Assembly (NCBI GenBank): GCA_009777915.1
Contig: WRKV01000001.1
Coordinates: 1 to 56,958, forward strand
Direction of reading: 5' to 3'
DNA from: Bacteroidales bacterium
Lineage (GTDB): Bacteria > Bacteroidota > Bacteroidia > Bacteroidales > P3
Length of the DNA: 56,958 nt
This document shows, one piece after another, positions 27,861-37,980 of the stretch (the stretch's first letter is position 1; each line of letters starts with the position of its first letter). The position numbers were made by a program, and so were the translations under genes. The notes under the pieces were generated by a model. That model did not search any database. It was not told where the DNA came from and worked only from the letters and a program-made list of their open reading frames with translations.

Positions 27861-30327
27861 TATCGCCGAAATTACGCAAATTTTGAAAGCCGAACCGTTT
27901 CCTAAAAATTTTCAAGATGCGGAAATAGCAAGTATTTGCACGGATAGTCGGAAAATTTCAACCATAGAACACACCTTGTTTTTTGCATTGAAAACTGCCA
28001 AAAACGACGGACATAAATATATCTCAAATTTGCTCGAAAAAGGTGTGAAATGCTTTGTTGTCGAACGTTTGCCGGATTTTGAAATTCCGGATAATGCCGT
28101 GTTTTTGGTTGTTGAAAACACATTGGACGCTTTGCAAAAATTAGTGATGCAACACCGTCAGAAATTTCAGATACCCATTGTCGGAATTACCGGAAGCAAC
28201 GGCAAAACAATGGTTAAAGAATGGTTGTCGATTTTGCTGGAACCGTTTTACAAAGTGGTCAAAAATCCCAAAAGTTACAACAGTCAAATCGGAGTTCCGC
28301 ATTCGATTTGGGACATCAACAAATCGCACGAAATTGGTATTTTTGAAGCCGGAATTTCCGAACCGAATGAGATGGAAAAATTGCAAAAAATTATCCAACC
28401 AACTATCGGAATCTTCACAAACATAGGCAGTGCACACAATGAAGGTTTTTTGAATTTGACTCAAAAAATTGCAGAAAAATTGCGATTGTTTACCAAAGTT
28501 GAACATCTCATCTATTGTGCCGATCATATCGAAATTAAAGATCGAATCAACTCTTTGGAAAGTTTTCGAGATGTGAAATTTTTTACGTGGGGACGGAAAT
28601 TTCAAGATGTGGATTTGTATATTCAATCCGAAAAAGAAGTCGATGCAGGAATCTTGTTAACAGCGATTTTCAAAGGCGAAACGATTCAAATTACGATTCC
28701 GTTTCAAGATTTTGCATCGGTTGAAAACCTCACACATTGCTGGGCTTGTGCGTTGCTCTTAGGTATTCCGAATGATAAAATTGCCAAGCACATGAAAGAT
28801 TTGTCGCCTCTCGAAATGCGTCTGGAATTGCAGGAAGGCATCAACCATTGTTCCGTTATCAACGACAGTTACAGCTCGGATTTTAGTTCGCTTGTGATTG
28901 CATTGGATTTTTTGGCACAACAAAAACAGCATAAAAAACATACGATTATTTTGTCGGATATGCTACAAAGCGGACGTAACGAATTGGAGTTATATCAAGA
29001 GATTGCGAAACTTTTAGAACAAAAAAAAGTCGACCGATTGATAGGAATTGGTCCTGCCATTGCACGACAAACCACTCATTTTACCATTGAAAAAGAATTT
29101 TATCCCGACACAACAACTTTTTTACAACAGTTTAATTTTTCGTCGTTGAGTCACGAAACCATTTTGCTGAAAGGTGCGAGGATATTCACATTTGAGAAGA
29201 TCAACAATTTTTTGAAACAAAAATCACACGAAACGGTTTTGGAAATTAATTTGAATGCGATGCAACATAATTTGAATTATTTTCGTTCGAAAATTCAACC
29301 GACCACAAAAATTATGTCGATGGTGAAAGCGTTTTCATACGGGAGTGGAAGTTTTGAAATTTCGAATTTTTTGCAATTCAATAATGTGGAATATCTCACG
29401 GTTGCTTACGCTGATGAGGGTGTTGAACTTCGAAATTTTGGAATCACCTTGCCGATTATGGTCATGAATCCGGAAAAAATTGCCATAGAAAAAATGTTGC
29501 GATTTAATCTGGAACCGGAAATTTACAATTTCAGAACCTTGGATTTTTTGATTCAAGAACTTGCTGAAGCACCTGATATTTTAGAGGTTTACATTCATTT
29601 GAAATTAGATACCGGAATGCATCGATTGGGTTTTTTGGAAAATGATTTGCCCGAACTCATTCGAATTTTGAACACACAAAAACGTATTAAAGTCCGTTCG
29701 ATTTTTTCGCACTTAGCAGGTTCGGAAGACTTGAATTTAGAGGATTTCACGCGTTCTCAAATTTCGAAATTCACTACAATGAGCGAATTTTTGATGAAAG
29801 AATTGAAGTATCCGATTTTACGACATCTCCTCAATTCGGCGGGAATATCAAGGTTTCCGGAGGCACAGTTTGATATGGTGAGAATTGGAATTGGTTTGTA
29901 TGGCGTAGGATTTGATGAAAACGAACAACGGCAATTGCAAAATGTGAGTACACTAAAATCAACGATTTCACAAATCAAAACCATAGAACCAAACGAAACC
30001 GTTGGTTACAATCGCCGATTCAAAGCCGAAACTACAACAAAAATTGGTGTGATTGCCATTGGTTATGCCGATGGATTAAGTCGAAAATTAGGACACGGGC
30101 ATGGCTTGGTTTGGGTCAACGGACAACAAGTTCCGATTATTGGAAACGTATGTATGGATATGTGTATGATAGATTTGACGGGCGTTTCCGCAAACGAAGG
30201 CGACGAAGTTGAAATCTTTGGAAACAAAACACAGATTCAAGATATTGCCAAAAAATGCGACACAATTCCTTACGAAATTCTGACCGGAATTTCGAGACGA
30301 GTTAAAAGAGTATACTATTTTGAGTAA
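27841..30327 (+). CDS. bifunctional MurF-like ligase / alanine racemase fusion
   Basis: 828 aa. N-terminal half has the Mur ligase P-loop GITGSNGKTMVKE. C-terminal half is alanine-racemase-like (MVKAFSYGSG, VGYNRRF, GNVCMDMCMIDL). Confidence 0.85.
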   Translation: MSFKHFNIAEITQILKAEPFPKNFQDAEIASICTDSRKISTIEHTLFFALKTAKNDGHKYISNLLEKGVKCFVVERLPDFEIPDNAVFLVVENTLDALQKLVMQHRQKFQIPIVGITGSNGKTMVKEWLSILLEPFYKVVKNPKSYNSQIGVPHSIWDINKSHEIGIFEAGISEPNEMEKLQKIIQPTIGIFTNIGSAHNEGFLNLTQKIAEKLRLFTKVEHLIYCADHIEIKDRINSLESFRDVKFFTWGRKFQDVDLYIQSEKEVDAGILLTAIFKGETIQITIPFQDFASVENLTHCWACALLLGIPNDKIAKHMKDLSPLEMRLELQEGINHCSVINDSYSSDFSSLVIALDFLAQQKQHKKHTIILSDMLQSGRNELELYQEIAKLLEQKKVDRLIGIGPAIARQTTHFTIEKEFYPDTTTFLQQFNFSSLSHETILLKGARIFTFEKINNFLKQKSHETVLEINLNAMQHNLNYFRSKIQPTTKIMSMVKAFSYGSGSFEISNFLQFNNVEYLTVAYADEGVELRNFGITLPIMVMNPEKIAIEKMLRFNLEPEIYNFRTLDFLIQELAEAPDILEVYIHLKLDTGMHRLGFLENDLPELIRILNTQKRIKVRSIFSHLAGSEDLNLEDFTRSQISKFTTMSEFLMKELKYPILRHLLNSAGISRFPEAQFDMVRIGIGLYGVGFDENEQRQLQNVSTLKSTISQIKTIEPNETVGYNRRFKAETTTKIGVIAIGYADGLSRKLGHGHGLVWVNGQQVPIIGNVCMDMCMIDLTGVSANEGDEVEIFGNKTQIQDIAKKCDTIPYEILTGISRRVKRVYYFE

Positions 30328-31541
30328 AAAAATTCAATCTGATTCACAGATTTTTGATCAAACGGTTTCCGAATGCGAATGTAATTTTCTGTGAAACCAT
30401 GCATCCAACCATCGTGATTATCGGCTTCCCACAAGACTTTTGAAGGATTAAGACGATGATTTTTACAAAATTCGACATACTTTTTTTCGGATAAGAGATG
30501 TAAACGATCGCTACGTTGTTTTTTGAGATCCGGAGAAACTTTTTCGGAAAAATCTTTTGCTGCTGTGTTCGGACGTTCGGAATACGGAAACACGTGTAAA
30601 AACGCCAAAGGCAACGATTCGATAAATTGAAATGTGTCTTCAAAATCAGTGTCGGATTCACCCGGAAATCCCACAATCACATCAACTGCAACAAATGCAT
30701 GAGGCATTTTTTCTTTGATTTTTTGCAAACGTTCTGCAAATAATTCTCGTGAATAACGCCGTTTCATCAACTGCAAAATTTTATTCGAACCGGATTGCAA
30801 CGGAATGTGAAAATGAGGCAAAAATGCTCGCGAATTAGCAGTAAAATCAATAATTTCATCTGTAATTAAATTCGGTTCAATCGATGAAATTCTAAAACGT
30901 TCGATACCTTGAATTTGGTCTAATGTTTGAATCAATTCAAAAAAAGTTTCGTTTGTAGATTTTCCGAATTCACCAATGTTTACGCCTGTTAGAACGATTT
31001 CCTTCGTATTGGTTTTTGCAATTTTTTCGACAAGTTTCACCGTATTTTTTATCGAGTCATTTCTGTTTCGTCCGCGTGCATTCGGGATTGCACAATACGT
31101 ACAAAAATAATCGCAACCGTCTTGAATTTTCAAAAATGTTCGCGTGCGATCGTCGGAAGAATAAGATGGTACAAACGTTTCAACTTCGCTCAACGACTGT
31201 GCATGACCGTTCAAATAGTCCAACAATAAATGCTTATCCGCATTTCCTAACACATAATCCACACCTTCGATTTGAGCAATTTCATCGGGACTAACTTGCG
31301 AAAAACAGCCCACTACGGCGACTTTTGCATTCGGATTTTTTTTGATGGCTTGACGAATGGCTGTTCGACATTTCTTTTCTGCCAAAGAAGTAACCGTGCA
31401 CGTATTTATCACATAAACATCTGCAATCGCTTTGAAATCGACCGGTTCGTAACCGTTTTCAACAAATTTTCGACTTAAATCCGACGATTCGGCGAAGTTT
31501 AATTTGCAACCTAAGGTGTGAAAAGCAACGGTTTTTTTCAT
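30315..31541 (-). CDS. mtaB: radical-SAM methylthiotransferase, MtaB-like
   Basis: 408 aa. N-terminal FHTLGCKLNFAES and radical SAM CDYFCTYC. Confidence 0.82.
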   Translation of the reverse strand: MKKTVAFHTLGCKLNFAESSDLSRKFVENGYEPVDFKAIADVYVINTCTVTSLAEKKCRTAIRQAIKKNPNAKVAVVGCFSQVSPDEIAQIEGVDYVLGNADKHLLLDYLNGHAQSLSEVETFVPSYSSDDRTRTFLKIQDGCDYFCTYCAIPNARGRNRNDSIKNTVKLVEKIAKTNTKEIVLTGVNIGEFGKSTNETFFELIQTLDQIQGIERFRISSIEPNLITDEIIDFTANSRAFLPHFHIPLQSGSNKILQLMKRRYSRELFAERLQKIKEKMPHAFVAVDVIVGFPGESDTDFEDTFQFIESLPLAFLHVFPYSERPNTAAKDFSEKVSPDLKKQRSDRLHLLSEKKYVEFCKNHRLNPSKVLWEADNHDGWMHGFTENYIRIRKPFDQKSVNQIEFFYSK

Positions 31542-32209
31542 AATGTGTTTACTAATTTTGAAAATTCCTCAAAAGACAAATGTTTAACATGGTGGTTGTC
31601 TGTTCCGCAAACGCTGATTTGATGCCCGTTTTGAGAAAATGTTGAAAAGACAAAACGCTTATCGGAACAATTTATTTTTGTCTCTGTCAGTTGAAACTCC
31701 ACTGTTTTCAAAGGAAACGACAAACCTTGTCCGAGACATTTGACATAACTTTCTTTGAGAGTCCAAAACTTGAAAAAAGTAAGAGTAGGGATGTCCGCAC
31801 GTTCGATTTGTGAAATTTCCGAATCTGTAAACACACGTTCGCAAACAATTTTTGGATACTTTTCGCGAATAAATTCCACATCAACACCGATTTCAGATTC
31901 GCTAAAACCTGCAACCACAGCGGATTTAGCGTGAGAGAGGTTGATATGTAGTTTGGTATCTTCGCGAATTTCATTTGTCGTTCCGCAACAATCCGCTAAC
32001 AACGGTTTGCCGTGTTCGTTGTAAGAAAATCTTTCGATAATTCGTCCCAAACCCGCACATAGCAAGAGATACGCACACAATGATCGCACCTTATCATCAC
32101 GAAATTTAAATCGCAAAACCTCATCATGTCTGAATTTCGGCAATTTTTTCAACCAACTTTCAAACACCTCATCGGTAATTTTTTCCAATTCAAAAAATGT
32201 TAAAACCAT
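31538..32209 (-). CDS. 4'-phosphopantetheinyl transferase (Sfp-type)
   Basis: GVDVEFI and FWTLKESYVKCLGQG motifs. Start moved to the ATG at 32209, downstream of the promoter box. 4-nt overlap with mtaB. Confidence 0.78.
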   Translation of the reverse strand: MVLTFFELEKITDEVFESWLKKLPKFRHDEVLRFKFRDDKVRSLCAYLLLCAGLGRIIERFSYNEHGKPLLADCCGTTNEIREDTKLHINLSHAKSAVVAGFSESEIGVDVEFIREKYPKIVCERVFTDSEISQIERADIPTLTFFKFWTLKESYVKCLGQGLSFPLKTVEFQLTETKINCSDKRFVFSTFSQNGHQISVCGTDNHHVKHLSFEEFSKLVNTL

Positions 32210-32245
32210 AGTCAACTTTTTTATTTTCGACCCTTTTCGGAGTTG

Positions 32246-32253
32246 CAAAGATA
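32246..32253 (-). promoter_or_regulatory. -7 promoter box TAtcTTTG (PPTase-mtaB)
   Basis: caaagata on the + strand, 37 nt upstream of the ATG at 32209. Confidence 0.55.
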
Positions 32254-32305
32254 CGAAAAAAAAATGACACAAGCTTGCGTAAAATAAAAAATGATATATA
32301 TAACG

Positions 32306-32339
32306 AAAAAAAACGAAGTGTTTGCACTTCGTTTTTTTT
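32306..32339 (-). terminator. intrinsic terminator (bidirectional form) after tuf-tRNA-Trp
   Basis: Hairpin acgaagtg-tttg-cacttcgt, flanked by A8 and T8 runs. Confidence 0.8.
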
Positions 32340-32344
32340 CTTTG

Positions 32345-32415
32345 CAGGGACAGAGGGACTCGAACCCCCGTCTACGGTTTTGGAGACCGCCATTCTACCA
32401 CTGAACTATGTCCCT
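32345..32415 (-). tRNA. tRNA-Trp (CCA)
   Basis: Cloverleaf on the minus strand: agggaca.../...tgtccct, anticodon loop ctCCAaa, T-loop ggttcgagtcc. Confidence 0.9.
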
Positions 32416-32422
32416 TTATGGA

Positions 32423-32450
32423 TAGGGGCGATGCATGCACCGCCCCTACA
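32423..32450. repeat. GC-rich palindromic element, copy a (TAGGGGCGATGCATGCACCGCCCCTACA)
   Basis: One of four related copies (see 34016, 53524 and 56793). Lies between tuf and tRNA-Trp. Confidence 0.8.
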
Positions 32451-32473
32451 TCACATTTTTATTTTTCGGATGA

Positions 32474-33661
32474 TTAATCCAAAATTTCAGTTACTTGACC
32501 TGCTCCTACGGTACGTCCACCTTCGCGGATAGCGAATTTAAGACCTTTTGCCATAGCGATTTCTGCAATCAAATTAACTTCGATAGTCAAGTTATCTCCG
32601 GGCATAACCATTTCCACGCCTGCAGGAAGAGAAATCTCTCCGGTTACGTCAGTTGTGCGGAAATAGAACTGTGGACGATACTTGTTGTGGAACGGCGTGT
32701 GACGTCCACCTTCGTTTTTACTCAAGATATAAACCTCAGCTTTGAAATGTTTGTGCGGTTTAACCGAACCCGGTTTGGCGATAACCATACCACGACGAAT
32801 TTCGTCTTTGTCGATACCACGCAACAACAAACCTGCGTTGTCACCGGCTTCACCACGGTCAAGAATTTTGCGGAACATTTCAACACCGGTTACAACCGAT
32901 TTGAGTTTTTCTGCACCCATACCAATGATATCAACAGGATCGCCCGAGTTGATAACTCCGGTTTCGATACGACCTGTAGCCACAGTACCACGACCTGTAA
33001 TCGAGAATACGTCTTCGATCGGCATCAAGAAATCTTTGTCAACGGCACGTTGTGGAAGTTCAATCCATGAGTCAACCGCTTCCATCAATTCCATGATTTT
33101 GTCTGACCATTGTGGTTCGAGGTTTAATCCACCCAATGCAGAACCGCGGATAACCGGTGTGTTGTCACCGTCGAATCCTTTTGCAGACAAAGCGTCGCGG
33201 ATTTCCATTTCAACGAGGTCTAACAACTCAGGGTCGTCAACCAAGTCAACTTTGTTCATAAACACAACCATACGAGGTACACCCACTTGTTGAGCCAAAA
33301 GGATGTGCTCGCGAGTTTGAGGCATCGGACCGTCGGTAGCAGCAACTACGAGGATTGCTCCGTCCATTTGTGCAGCACCGGTAATCATGTTTTTAATGTA
33401 GTCGGCGTGTCCCGGACAGTCTACGTGTGCGTAGTGACGAGTTTGTGTTTCATACTCAATGTGAGCTGTGTTAATGGTAATACCACGTTCTTTTTCTTCA
33501 GGTGCGTTGTCGATAGAGTCAAATGATTTTTTCTCTGACAATCCTTTTTCCGCCAATACTCCGGTAATAGCGGCTGTTAAGGTGGTTTTACCGTGGTCAA
33601 CGTGACCAATAGTTCCAATGTTTACGTGTGGTTTATCACGTTTAAAAGTTTCTTTTGCCAT
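32474..33661 (-). CDS. tuf: elongation factor Tu
   Basis: 395 aa. [18 protein letters not shown] and NKVD motifs. Near-universal EF-Tu sequence. Confidence 0.99.
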   Translation of the reverse strand: MAKETFKRDKPHVNIGTIGHVDHGKTTLTAAITGVLAEKGLSEKKSFDSIDNAPEEKERGITINTAHIEYETQTRHYAHVDCPGHADYIKNMITGAAQMDGAILVVAATDGPMPQTREHILLAQQVGVPRMVVFMNKVDLVDDPELLDLVEMEIRDALSAKGFDGDNTPVIRGSALGGLNLEPQWSDKIMELMEAVDSWIELPQRAVDKDFLMPIEDVFSITGRGTVATGRIETGVINSGDPVDIIGMGAEKLKSVVTGVEMFRKILDRGEAGDNAGLLLRGIDKDEIRRGMVIAKPGSVKPHKHFKAEVYILSKNEGGRHTPFHNKYRPQFYFRTTDVTGEISLPAGVEMVMPGDNLTIEVNLIAEIAMAKGLKFAIREGGRTVGAGQVTEILD

Positions 33662-33758
33662 TTTATTTGTTTTTTAAGGTTATTATTTTGTTTTATTGTC
33701 GAGATGCACGATGCATCATTACTTTATTATATTGGTGACCGACCTGAGTCGAAGTCAG

Positions 33759-33830
<72 letters not shown>

Positions 33831-33834
33831 GGAG

Positions 33835-33907
33835 AGCGGAAGACGGGGCTCGAACCCGCCACCTTCGGCTTGGAAGGCCAACGCTCTACCAAATGAGCTA
33901 CTTCCGC
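33835..33907 (-). tRNA. tRNA-Gly (TCC)
   Basis: Acceptor gcggaag/cttccgc, anticodon loop ctTCCaa. Confidence 0.9.
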
Positions 33908-33917
33908 TTGTTGGTCG

Positions 33918-33999
33918 TGGGAGATGGTGGATTCGAACCACCGAAGGCGTCGCCAACAGATTTACAGTCTGTCCCCTTTGGCCACTCGGGTAATCTCCC
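33918..33999 (-). tRNA. tRNA-Tyr (GTA), long variable arm
   Basis: Acceptor gggagat/atctccc, anticodon loop ctGTAaa, variable arm ggcgacgccttc. Confidence 0.9.
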
Positions 34000-34015
34000 A
34001 ACGGTTTTTTTTTGC

Positions 34016-34049
34016 AAGGGCGAGGCGTGCCTTGCCCCTACATTTATCT
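34016..34049. repeat. GC-rich palindromic element, copy b (AAGGGCGAGGCGTGCCTTGCCCCTACA)
   Basis: Sits between tRNA-Thr(TGT) and tRNA-Tyr, inside the tRNA-tuf transcription unit. Confidence 0.75.
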
Positions 34050-34069
34050 ATGAACTATCCTTTTTTTTG

Positions 34070-34143
34070 AGCCGATGGAGGGATTCGAACCCCCGGCCAG
34101 CTGATTACAAATCAGCTGCTCTGGCCAACTGAGCTACATCGGC
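34070..34143 (-). tRNA. tRNA-Thr (TGT)
   Basis: Acceptor gccgatg/catcggc, anticodon loop ttTGTaa. Confidence 0.9.
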
Positions 34144-34170
34144 ATTGGTCTTTTTTTCCAAAAAGGACTG

Positions 34171-34178
34171 CAAAGTTA
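34171..34178 (-). promoter_or_regulatory. -7 promoter box TAacTTTG (tRNA-tuf operon)
   Basis: ggactgcaaagttaca, 28 nt upstream of the first tRNA. Confidence 0.55.
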
Positions 34179-34261
34179 CAAATAATTTTTGAATTTACCA
34201 AATTTTTGAGAAAAAATATTAGTATTTCAAAAAAAAAGTTGCATATTTCAAATATTTTTCG

Positions 34262-34269
34262 TACCTTTG
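34262..34269 (+). promoter_or_regulatory. -7 promoter box TAccTTTG (rpsF-rpsR-rplI)
   Basis: 58 nt upstream of the rpsF ATG. The leader is A/C-rich (aaacaaacaaacaaacaaact). Confidence 0.55.
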
Positions 34270-34326
34270 CACTCCCAAATTGGGAAAAGAACTAAATCAT
34301 TTATTAAACAAACAAACAAACAAACT

Positions 34327-34656
34327 ATGAATCACTACGAAACCGTTTTCATTATGACTCCCGTTTTGTCTGATGATCAGATGAAGGAAGCGGTAAAAAA
34401 GTACCAGGATTTGCTGAAAAACCAAGGTGCTGAGATCATTCATGAAGAAAATTGGGGTTTGAAAAAGCTGGCTTACCCCATTCAGAAAAAAGTCAGCGGA
34501 TTTTATTATCTTATGGAATTCAAAGCCGATGGAAAAGTGGTCGATACTCTCGAAACCGCCTACCGTCGCGATGAACGTATGCTCCGGTTTTTGACCGTTA
34601 AATTAGACAAATTCGCTCAAGCATACAGTGAAAAACGTAAAAACAAAAACAAATAA
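34327..34656 (+). CDS. rpsF: 30S ribosomal protein S6
   Basis: [18 protein letters not shown]... canonical S6 N-terminus. Confidence 0.95.
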   Translation: MNHYETVFIMTPVLSDDQMKEAVKKYQDLLKNQGAEIIHEENWGLKKLAYPIQKKVSGFYYLMEFKADGKVVDTLETAYRRDERMLRFLTVKLDKFAQAYSEKRKNKNK

Positions 34657-34662
34657 ACAATC

Positions 34663-34929
34663 ATGGCACACGATAAAGACCTCAAGTATCTAACACCGAT
34701 TGCGGTGGATACCAAAAGAAAAAAATACTGCCGTTTCAAAAAAAGCGGCATCAAATACATCGACTATAAAGACGCAGACTTTTTGTTGAAATTTATTAAC
34801 GAACAAGGTAAACTTTTGCCAAGACGCCTCACCGGTACTTCGCAAAAATATCAGAAAAAAGTGTCGCAAGCTGTGAAACGTGCACGACACCTCGGTTTGT
34901 TGCCTTATGTTGCTGACTTATTAAAATAG
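34663..34929 (+). CDS. rpsR: 30S ribosomal protein S18
   Basis: YIDYKD...[15 protein letters not shown]...[11 protein letters not shown]. Confidence 0.95.
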   Translation: MAHDKDLKYLTPIAVDTKRKKYCRFKKSGIKYIDYKDADFLLKFINEQGKLLPRRLTGTSQKYQKKVSQAVKRARHLGLLPYVADLLK

Positions 34930-34941
34930 GAGGACCAAACA

Positions 34942-35385
34942 ATGGAAGTGATTTTAACTCAAGATGTAGTGAAATTAGGCTACAAAGACGATATCGTTAA
35001 AGTGAAAAACGGATATGCAAACAATTTCTTGTTCCCCAAAGGAATGGCTGTTATGGCAACCGAATCCATGCGGAAAATTCATGCGGAGAATTTGAAACAA
35101 CGTGCATTCAAAGAAGAAAAACTCAAGCTTGAAGCTGAAAAATTAGGCGCTACTATTTCCGCATTGACGGTTACTGTTGGTGCAAAAGCCGGTACAACAG
35201 GCAAAATCTTTGGCTCGGTGAATGCAATTCAAGTGGCAGAGGCATTGAAAGAACAACACAATTTGGATATCGACCGCAGAAAAATTTCTGTCGACGACAT
35301 TAAGGAAATCGGCTCCTACAAAGCGAAAGCAAACTTGCATCGCGATGTGAAAGCTGAATTTACCGTTGAGGTTGTTGCTGAATAA
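34942..35385 (+). CDS. rplI: 50S ribosomal protein L9
   Basis: MEVILTQDVVKLGYKDDIVKVKNGYANNFLFPKG. Confidence 0.95.
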   Translation: MEVILTQDVVKLGYKDDIVKVKNGYANNFLFPKGMAVMATESMRKIHAENLKQRAFKEEKLKLEAEKLGATISALTVTVGAKAGTTGKIFGSVNAIQVAEALKEQHNLDIDRRKISVDDIKEIGSYKAKANLHRDVKAEFTVEVVAE

Positions 35386-35450
35386 ATTTTCAGACTGCAC
35401 ACAAAAAAAAGAATGCTGAATAAAAAAAAAGGAACGCAGCAGAATAAAAA

Positions 35451-35479
35451 AAAGGAACGCTTTGCGTTCCTTTTTTTTT
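35451..35479. terminator. bidirectional intrinsic terminator between rplI and the pyrophosphatase gene
   Basis: aaaggaacgc-ttt-gcgttccttt, preceded by an A-run and followed by T9. Confidence 0.8.
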
Positions 35480-35494
35480 GTGGTTTCGTTGCTA

Positions 35495-37747
35495 TTAGAA
35501 CAACGACCAAGCTACGGTCAATCCTGCCATCACAATGGATACCATACTCATTAATTTGATCAGGATATTGAGTGACGGACCGGAGGTATCTTTGAACGGA
35601 TCGCCAACGGTATCGCCGACAACAGCAGCTTTGTGAGCGTCTGAACCTTTTCCACCGATATTGCCTTCCTCGATGTATTTTTTAGCGTTGTCCCAAGCAC
35701 CGCCTGCATTTGCCATAAAGATAGCCAACACAAAACCTGCTCCCAAACCTCCTGCTAAAAGTCCCATCACACCGGGAACACCAAATATAACACCTGTGAG
35801 AATCGGCACAGTTACTGCTAATAACGATGGAAACATCATTTCTTGTTGTGCACTTTTGGTCGAAATTTTCACACATTCAGCATAATCGGGTTTGGCTTTA
35901 CCTTCCAAAATACCTTTGATTTCGCGGAATTGGCGACGAACTTCCTCTACCATTTTCTGAGCGGCACGTCCAACGGCATTCATCGTCAAACCGCAGAACA
36001 AAAACGCCATCATCGAACCGATAAAAACACCCACCAATACTTTTGGATTCATCAGCGTAACCTGAAACCAATCCATAAATTGATCAATACTTGCTCCTTT
36101 GATTTCCTCTGCACTAACGCCTTTTAACGGATGATTGCTACCAATAAAATTTCGACCGCTTTCAAGGAATTTCACAGCGTAAATTTTTAACTCCTCAATA
36201 TAAGAGGCGAGAAGTGCCAATGCCGTGAGTGCTGCCGAGCCGATAGCAAAACCTTTGCCGGTGGCTGCAGTCGTGTTGCCAAGAGCATCGAGAGCATCGG
36301 TACGTTTGCGAACTTCGTCGGGCAAACCGCTCATTTGAGCGTTACCGCCGGCATTGTCGGCAATAGGACCGTAGGCATCTGTTGCCAGCGTAATACCTAA
36401 GGTTGAAAGCATTCCCACAGCAGCAATACCAATGCCGTAAAGACCTAAACTCAAATTTTTGGGAGATAAAAGGCCATCGGCAAAATCAAATTGGATCGCA
36501 CAGAGAAAACTCAAAATAATCGCAGCACCAATCGTTACAACAGGAATAACGGTTGAAATCATACCTAATCCCATACCCGAAATAATCACCGTAGCCGGAC
36601 CGGTCTCGCCGCTCTTTGCCACGCGTTGCGTGGGTTTGAAAGAATGCGACGTGAAATACTCCGTGCCTTGACCAATGATAATTCCGGCAATCAAACCGCA
36701 CACTACGGAAAACGAAATACCCACCCAATTTTCCATACCTAATAATTTCAAGATCACAAACGCTGAAATCGCTGTTAATATCGAACTTACATTCACACCG
36801 CGATTCAACGCCGACATCAATTGTTTCATTGAAGAATCCTCTTTAGCTTTCACCAAAAATATACCGATGATGGAAAGGAAAATACCCACTGCTGCGATCA
36901 ACATTGGTGCAAACACCGCTTTAAGTTGAAGCTCTGTATGCCACATAAATGCTGCTGCTCCGAGTGCTGCTGTTGCCAAAATCGAACCGCAATACGATTC
37001 GTAAAGGTCAGCACCCATACCTGCTACATCGCCTACGTTGTCACCCACGTTATCCGCGATAGTTGCGGGATTGCGAGGATCGTCCTCGGGGATACCTGCC
37101 TCTACTTTTCCAACTAAATCGGCACCGACATCGGCTGCTTTCGTGTAAATTCCACCGCCCACACGAGCAAACAAGGCTTGCGTAGATGCACCCATACCAA
37201 AGGTTAGAAGGGTAGTCGTAATAATAATAGTTTTCTCTGCTTGCGTGGCACCATCTACAAAGAAATTAAGCACCACATACCAAACCGAAATATCGAGCAA
37301 AGCCAGACCAACCACCACCAAGCCCATGACGGCTCCCGAGCGGAACGCCACTTGCAACCCGCTGTTGAGCGAACGTTGAGCTGCATTAGCCGTTCGTGCA
37401 GATGCGAAAGTAGCAGTTTTCATACCAAAGAAACCTGCCAATCCGGAGAAAAAACCTCCGGTTAAAAAGGCAAACGGTACCCAAGGATTTTGTAAATTGA
37501 AAAAAGCCATAACCGCAAAGATCACGGCTAAGACCACAAACACCCAAAACACTACTTTGTACTGTTGTTTGAGGTACGACATGGCACCTTCGCGAACGTG
37601 GCGGGCAATGGTTTTCATGGTGTCGGTGCCTTCGCTTTCAAGCATCATTTTTTTGAAAAAATAATAGGCAAAGCCTAAGGCTACTAATGCTGCGACGAAA
37701 GCGATCATCACAGGAATCGGCATAAGAGAAAAAATTTTGTGTTCCAT
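35495..37747 (-). CDS. hppA: membrane-bound ion-translocating pyrophosphatase (K+-dependent subtype by the GNTTAA motif)
   Basis: 750 aa, polytopic. [35 protein letters not shown] and [17 protein letters not shown] motifs. Confidence 0.95.
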   Translation of the reverse strand: MEHKIFSLMPIPVMIAFVAALVALGFAYYFFKKMMLESEGTDTMKTIARHVREGAMSYLKQQYKVVFWVFVVLAVIFAVMAFFNLQNPWVPFAFLTGGFFSGLAGFFGMKTATFASARTANAAQRSLNSGLQVAFRSGAVMGLVVVGLALLDISVWYVVLNFFVDGATQAEKTIIITTTLLTFGMGASTQALFARVGGGIYTKAADVGADLVGKVEAGIPEDDPRNPATIADNVGDNVGDVAGMGADLYESYCGSILATAALGAAAFMWHTELQLKAVFAPMLIAAVGIFLSIIGIFLVKAKEDSSMKQLMSALNRGVNVSSILTAISAFVILKLLGMENWVGISFSVVCGLIAGIIIGQGTEYFTSHSFKPTQRVAKSGETGPATVIISGMGLGMISTVIPVVTIGAAIILSFLCAIQFDFADGLLSPKNLSLGLYGIGIAAVGMLSTLGITLATDAYGPIADNAGGNAQMSGLPDEVRKRTDALDALGNTTAATGKGFAIGSAALTALALLASYIEELKIYAVKFLESGRNFIGSNHPLKGVSAEEIKGASIDQFMDWFQVTLMNPKVLVGVFIGSMMAFLFCGLTMNAVGRAAQKMVEEVRRQFREIKGILEGKAKPDYAECVKISTKSAQQEMMFPSLLAVTVPILTGVIFGVPGVMGLLAGGLGAGFVLAIFMANAGGAWDNAKKYIEEGNIGGKGSDAHKAAVVGDTVGDPFKDTSGPSLNILIKLMSMVSIVMAGLTVAWSLF

Positions 37748-37793
37748 AGTTTTTTGTTTTTTAGTTTATTGTTTTATATGTTGAATAATTTTG

Positions 37794-37801
37794 CAAAGAT
37801 A
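37794..37801 (-). promoter_or_regulatory. -7 promoter box TAtcTTTG (hppA)
   Basis: caaagata on the + strand, 47 nt upstream of the ATG. Confidence 0.55.
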
Positions 37802-37925
37802 CGAAAAAAAATCCAAACCAACAATAAATTAATGGATATTTTACAAAAAACAACGGTAAATTAATAGGAAATCAGCAAAATTAACAAAAAATTTACGGAA
37901 ATTTGGTTATTTCAAAAATTTTACT

Positions 37926-37933
37926 TATCTTTG
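37926..37933 (+). promoter_or_regulatory. -7 promoter box TAtcTTTG (porin-LTD unit)
   Basis: 48 nt upstream of the ATG at 37981. Confidence 0.55.
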
Positions 37934-37980
37934 CAAAAAATTTGTAAAAAAATAAATACAAACCAATAAAAAAAACTACT

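Noticed and set aside
30315-30327. A 13-nt convergent overlap of the MurF-Alr and mtaB 3' ends with no terminator between them.
   Set aside because: It is real in the sequence, but short tail-to-tail overlaps are common in compact genomes. There is no additional signal to suggest regulation.
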